From Candidatus Limnocylindrus sp. (GTDB lineage: Bacteria; Chloroflexota; Limnocylindria; Limnocylindrales; Limnocylindraceae): 47,804 nucleotides of DNA. A program made the position numbers and the translations under genes. The DNA is taken from the NCBI GenBank assembly GCA_044343985.1, contig JBIJDR010000002.1:1-47804 (forward strand), written 5' to 3'. Every line of letters starts with the position of its first letter. Positions within the stretch are counted from its first letter, which is position 1. Positions 44,817 through 47,804 of the stretch are shown here, in pieces. The notes below the pieces were generated by a model, which had not been told where the DNA came from, did no database searches, and was given only the letters and a program-made list of their open reading frames with translations.

Positions 44817-45907
44817 GCCCGCGCGTCACCAAGAGAGCGGAGGAGAAGCCGCGCGGATTCGGGACGCTGAGTCCCGCAACGCCACTTGCAGAGTTGCACT
44901 GCCACCTTGGTGGCTCAGTGACGCCAGCGATCATGTGGGGGATCGCCCATGCGCAGGGGATTCGACTCCCGTCCAAGGACTACTGGGCCTTCCGCAAGAT
45001 GATTACGGCGGGATCAAAGCGGACGCGCAGCTTCAACGGTTACCTCGACCTCTTCCACTGGACGGAGTTGATTCAGTCGTCGCCGATCGCCGTGGAGCGT
45101 TCCGTGTACGAGGTGGTCGCTGGCGCGTATCGGAAGAACCACATCACCACCATGGAGCTGCGCTTCAATCCGATGAAGCGCAATCGCAACGGTGAGCAGG
45201 ACCTTGACCACATCATCGCCGCCGCCATCCGTGGCGCCGATCGCGCCGCGCTCGAATACCCGGTGAAGCCTGGGATCATCCTGATCCTTGATCGCGAGTT
45301 CACGCTACGACAGAACGAGATCATCGTGGAGAAGGCGATCGCCTGGGCGAGTCGGGGGATCGTAGGGATTGATATTGCTGGGCGCGAGAGCGCCAACTTC
45401 AAGGTGACCGAATACAAGCGGATGTTCCGCGCCGCGCGCAAGGCGGGGCTCGGCATCACCGTGCACACTGGCGAATCCGGGCCAGTGAGCGAGATGCTTG
45501 AGGTGGTGAAGCAGCTCGAGCCGGATCGCATCGGCCACGGTGTGAAGGCGGCGCAGGACGCGAAGACGATGAAGCTCCTTGCCGAGCGGAAGATCGTGCT
45601 TGAGATCTGCCCAACATCGAACCTGATGACGCAAGTGGTCTCCGATTGGGAGGAGTTCCGCCAGATCTTCGCGCGCCTACGCGAAGGGAAGGTGCGATAC
45701 GCCATTGGCACAGATGGTCCTGAGATGCTGCAGACCTACATTCGCGACGAGCTTTCGGCGCTCGGTCGCCACGGCATCCTCTCCGTAGAGGAGCAGCAGG
45801 TTGCCGCCGTAACCTCAATCAAGGCTTCGTTCGTGAAGGGTGCCGCCTCAGTAGCAATCCCACGCAGCGACGGTGCTGCACCGCGCGCGAGCCGAGAAGA
45901 GGCGTAA
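44813..45907 (+). CDS. adenosine-deaminase-family metallo-hydrolase, divergent active-site motifs
   Basis: LHCHLGGS (HxH), HTGES, IGHGV, and AIGTDGP where the canonical family has NTDDP. The ATG overlaps the lipA stop (ATGA). Confidence 0.8.
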   Translation: MSPRVTKRAEEKPRGFGTLSPATPLAELHCHLGGSVTPAIMWGIAHAQGIRLPSKDYWAFRKMITAGSKRTRSFNGYLDLFHWTELIQSSPIAVERSVYEVVAGAYRKNHITTMELRFNPMKRNRNGEQDLDHIIAAAIRGADRAALEYPVKPGIILILDREFTLRQNEIIVEKAIAWASRGIVGIDIAGRESANFKVTEYKRMFRAARKAGLGITVHTGESGPVSEMLEVVKQLEPDRIGHGVKAAQDAKTMKLLAERKIVLEICPTSNLMTQVVSDWEEFRQIFARLREGKVRYAIGTDGPEMLQTYIRDELSALGRHGILSVEEQQVAAVTSIKASFVKGAASVAIPRSDGAAPRASREEA

Positions 45908-45928
45908 CGCCTCTCGCTTAAGAGCGGA

Positions 45929-46402
45929 CTACTCGCCAGCCGCCTCGCGCACCGCGGCTCGAATCGCATCCGCTGCAGCCCCCGCAGGAACCCCTTCGGT
46001 CACCAGCACGTAGGGAGAGGCGTCAACCATTAGCAGAGTCGCTGGTTCGTTGATCCACTCTGCGGCACAGGTGTCAACGCTTGCACGCAGCTTCTGGTAA
46101 CTCTCATCATTCTTGAAGCGGTAGACGCGAGCCTGGACGGAGCCTTCAAGGCCACCGCCGGATACATCAAAGGCGATCGCCATCGGCACCAGGGCCTGGT
46201 CACTGCAGCCTGGGTCACCGCTCACCACGTTGGCAACGGAAAACTCTCGTGCTGCGAGCTGCTCAACGAGCCCATTGAAGTTGGTGGGTGTAGCCGCTGG
46301 CTCCCCGCGAGCGTCATCCAGGACGGAGCCGCAGCCAGCCGCAGTTAGCAGCAGAAGCGTCGCCAGGATGAGTGGGGTAACGCCTCGCTTGTTGATCTGC
46401 AT
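45929..46402 (-). CDS. hypothetical lipoprotein
   Basis: Start at Met 46402: MQINKRGVTPLILATLLLLTAAGC (lipobox). TACGCT lies 6 nt upstream. Confidence 0.65.
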   Translation of the reverse strand: MQINKRGVTPLILATLLLLTAAGCGSVLDDARGEPAATPTNFNGLVEQLAAREFSVANVVSGDPGCSDQALVPMAIAFDVSGGGLEGSVQARVYRFKNDESYQKLRASVDTCAAEWINEPATLLMVDASPYVLVTEGVPAGAAADAIRAAVREAAGE

Positions 46403-46408
46403 GTGCCA

Positions 46409-46414
46409 AGCGTA
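46409..46414 (-). promoter_or_regulatory. -10 hexamer TACGCT, 6 nt before lipoprotein ATG
   Basis: The minus strand reads TACGCT-tggcac-ATG. Confidence 0.5.
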
Positions 46415-46423
46415 CACCGCAGG

Positions 46424-46429
46424 TAGAAT
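46424..46429 (+). promoter_or_regulatory. -10 hexamer TAGAAT, 6 nt before DUF1015 ATG
   Basis: TAGAAT-caaacc-ATG. Confidence 0.55.
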
Positions 46430-46435
46430 CAAACC

Positions 46436-47719
46436 ATGAGACGCGTCCGAGCCTTCCGTGCAACCACCTTCGCCGCCGCACTAGACGGATCGCCGCGTGG
46501 CGCCCTCGACGCGCTCCTCAGCCCGCCGTATGACGTGATCAGCGCCGATCAGCGGCGCGAGCTTCTTGCCGCACAGCCACAAAACTCGGTCGCCCTTGAC
46601 CTCCCGATCCTTGAAAAGGGTGAGTCAAGCGGCGCGCAGTATCAGCGCACCGCCGCAACATGGAGCAGCTGGCGAGGTGACGGCACACTCGTTGATGACA
46701 AGTCGCCGCACATCTATCTGTATGAAGAGCGACCTCCAAGCGGACGTACGATCAGAGGGATCTTTGCTGGCATCCCCATCGGAGCGTATGGCGACGAGAC
46801 GGGCATCTTGCGCCACGAGTTGACACTCACTGGGCCGAAGGCTGATCGCCGGGCGCTGATTGAAGCGGTTCAGGCGAATCTCTCACCCGTGATCCTTCTC
46901 CGCGCAGGTGGTCAGGATGAATTCGCAAGCGCCGCAGATGCCGCCTCAAAGTCCGCACCGTGTGCAACAGGTCTCACCCCGTCAGGAAGCGACTTCACCC
47001 TTTGGCGCGTTGACCCCGCAACGCAGCACGGCACCGCACTCCTTGCCTGGGCGAACGGTGCCGACCTTGTGATCGCTGACGGGCATCATCGCTACGAGAC
47101 GGCGCGCGACTACGCGGAGAGTGGCGGCCTCACCACCGCACTCGGACTCATCATTGAGTCTGATCGCTGTGCCCCTGCGCTCTATGCCACGCATCGGATC
47201 GTCGCCGCACCCGACCCTACGGCGCTCCTCGCCAAACTCTCCGCCTCGCCACTCGTTACGCATCACACCGCAACAACGCGCGAACAGCTCGCGGCACGTT
47301 TTGCGGACGGTGCTCCAGCGAGCGCTGAGCTGCAGATTGGCGTTGTGACAAAAACGGGGGCAGCACTGCTGAAGCTTGACCGCGCGGCGATCAGCGCAGC
47401 ACTTCCCGGGCGCTCCACGGCATATCAGTCGCTTTCTGTCACCGCCCTCGCCGTGCTCCTTGATCAGGCGCTCGGTATTGACGCCGCAGCGGCGGCAGCC
47501 GGCGCGCTTCGCTATGTTCGCGGCGCGGAGCAGGCGATCAGCAGTGCACTGGCCGACCCCACGCCGAGCGCCGTGCTGCTCCTGCATGGCGAGCGGCCAG
47601 AGCAGGTGGTGGCGGTGGCTGAGGCGGGGGAGACGATGCCCCAGAAGTCGACCCTCTTCGCCCCGAAGCCCCCAACGGGCCTCCTCTTCCTCGCCCACGA
47701 GATCAACCGCGTCGGCTAA
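46436..47719 (+). CDS. DUF1015 family protein
   Basis: 427 aa. The N-terminal FRATTFAA...LSPPYDVISADQRREL and ADGHHRYETA resemble DUF1015 as I recall it. Confidence 0.75.
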   Translation: MRRVRAFRATTFAAALDGSPRGALDALLSPPYDVISADQRRELLAAQPQNSVALDLPILEKGESSGAQYQRTAATWSSWRGDGTLVDDKSPHIYLYEERPPSGRTIRGIFAGIPIGAYGDETGILRHELTLTGPKADRRALIEAVQANLSPVILLRAGGQDEFASAADAASKSAPCATGLTPSGSDFTLWRVDPATQHGTALLAWANGADLVIADGHHRYETARDYAESGGLTTALGLIIESDRCAPALYATHRIVAAPDPTALLAKLSASPLVTHHTATTREQLAARFADGAPASAELQIGVVTKTGAALLKLDRAAISAALPGRSTAYQSLSVTALAVLLDQALGIDAAAAAAGALRYVRGAEQAISSALADPTPSAVLLLHGERPEQVVAVAEAGETMPQKSTLFAPKPPTGLLFLAHEINRVG

Positions 47720-47727
47720 CTCGCTGC

Positions 47728-47733
47728 TAGACT
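47728..47733 (+). promoter_or_regulatory. -10 hexamer TAGACT, ~27 nt upstream of tRNA-Glu 5' end
   Basis: gcTAGACTctcccccc. It shares CTAGACTC plus a C-run with the DUF971-ppk promoter. Confidence 0.4.
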
Positions 47734-47760
47734 CTCCCCCCGCGGGCTCTGCCCGCATCT

Positions 47761-47804
47761 GGCGCATTCGTCTAGCGGCCTAGGACACTGCCCTCTCAAG
47801 GCAG
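47761..47804 (+). tRNA. tRNA-Glu (anticodon CUC), 5' part; 3' end outside window
   Basis: GGCGCAT-TC-GTC-TAGCGGCCTAG-GAC-A-CTGCC-CTCTCAA-GGCAG. The D-arm is typical of bacterial tRNA-Glu and the anticodon loop is CU-CUC-AA. Confidence 0.85.

Noticed and set aside
1085-46180. Apparent over-representation of the HIP1-like palindrome GCGATCGC. I found at least 11 copies by eye: 1085, 14263, 25828, 27506, 31253, 32409, 34446, 37383, 40769, 45335, 46173.
   Set aside because: Ten of the eleven copies sit in-frame as GCG-ATC-GCN (Ala-Ile-Ala) in the coding strand; the eleventh (34446) reads GC-GAT-CGC. The excess is therefore explained by codon preference and common tripeptides, not by a dispersed repeat or a methylation/restriction signal. 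A genome-wide k-mer test with a codon-aware null would settle it.
1-47804. A search for CRISPR arrays, IS elements, integrases, prophage or defence-system genes, and rRNA.
   Set aside because: None was seen. There are no spacer-repeat periodicity, no transposase/recombinase/large ATPase-nuclease ORFs, and no compositional islands apart from the short AT-rich leader at 25.4 kb.

Overview
GC-rich (about 60-65% by eye), very gene-dense chromosomal core region with about 48 CDS. Most gaps are under 60 nt and many stop/start pairs overlap by 1-4 nt. I found no transposase, integrase, CRISPR array or rRNA; one partial tRNA-Glu(CUC) sits at the 3' edge. The gene content points to a deep-branching Actinomycetota-type genome: F420 biosynthesis plus Fgd, the SCO1664/DUF3090/phosphomutase trio, homodimeric AceE, and Ppk1/Ppx/PhoU. 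That taxonomic call is inference only. Main themes: (1) 3.9-13.8 kb is a phosphate/polyphosphate hub. It holds an OmpR-type regulator, proS, a PhoR/SenX3-like kinase, a GDPD, phoU-sixA, ppx, and a DUF971-ppk1-CYTH operon. (2) 16.0-19.8 kb is an F420 operon (PPOX-fgd-cofD-cofC::cofE) with an unusual CofC-CofE fusion. (3) 25.3-28.9 kb is an FTR1 iron permease followed by an NMT1-type ABC transporter, behind the only long, AT-rich, repeat-bearing leader in the window. (4) 28.9-33.5 kb is a tightly packed fumC-pfk-phosphomutase-DUF3090-SCO1664 string in which pfk carries a frameshift. (5) Central-metabolism genes are aceE, ppc and lpdA-lipA, the last pair coupled to a divergent adenosine-deaminase-like gene. 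(6) Window-wide, a TANNNT hexamer (most often TAGGAT) sits 6-7 nt upstream of the start codon of most operon-leading genes, the geometry of leaderless mRNAs. I cannot demonstrate a new system from sequence alone. The best candidates for uncharacterised biology are the DUF971-Ppk1-CYTH / PhoU-SixA cluster, the kinase-like/DUF3090/phosphomutase trio attached to fumC-pfk, and the CofC-CofE fusion.
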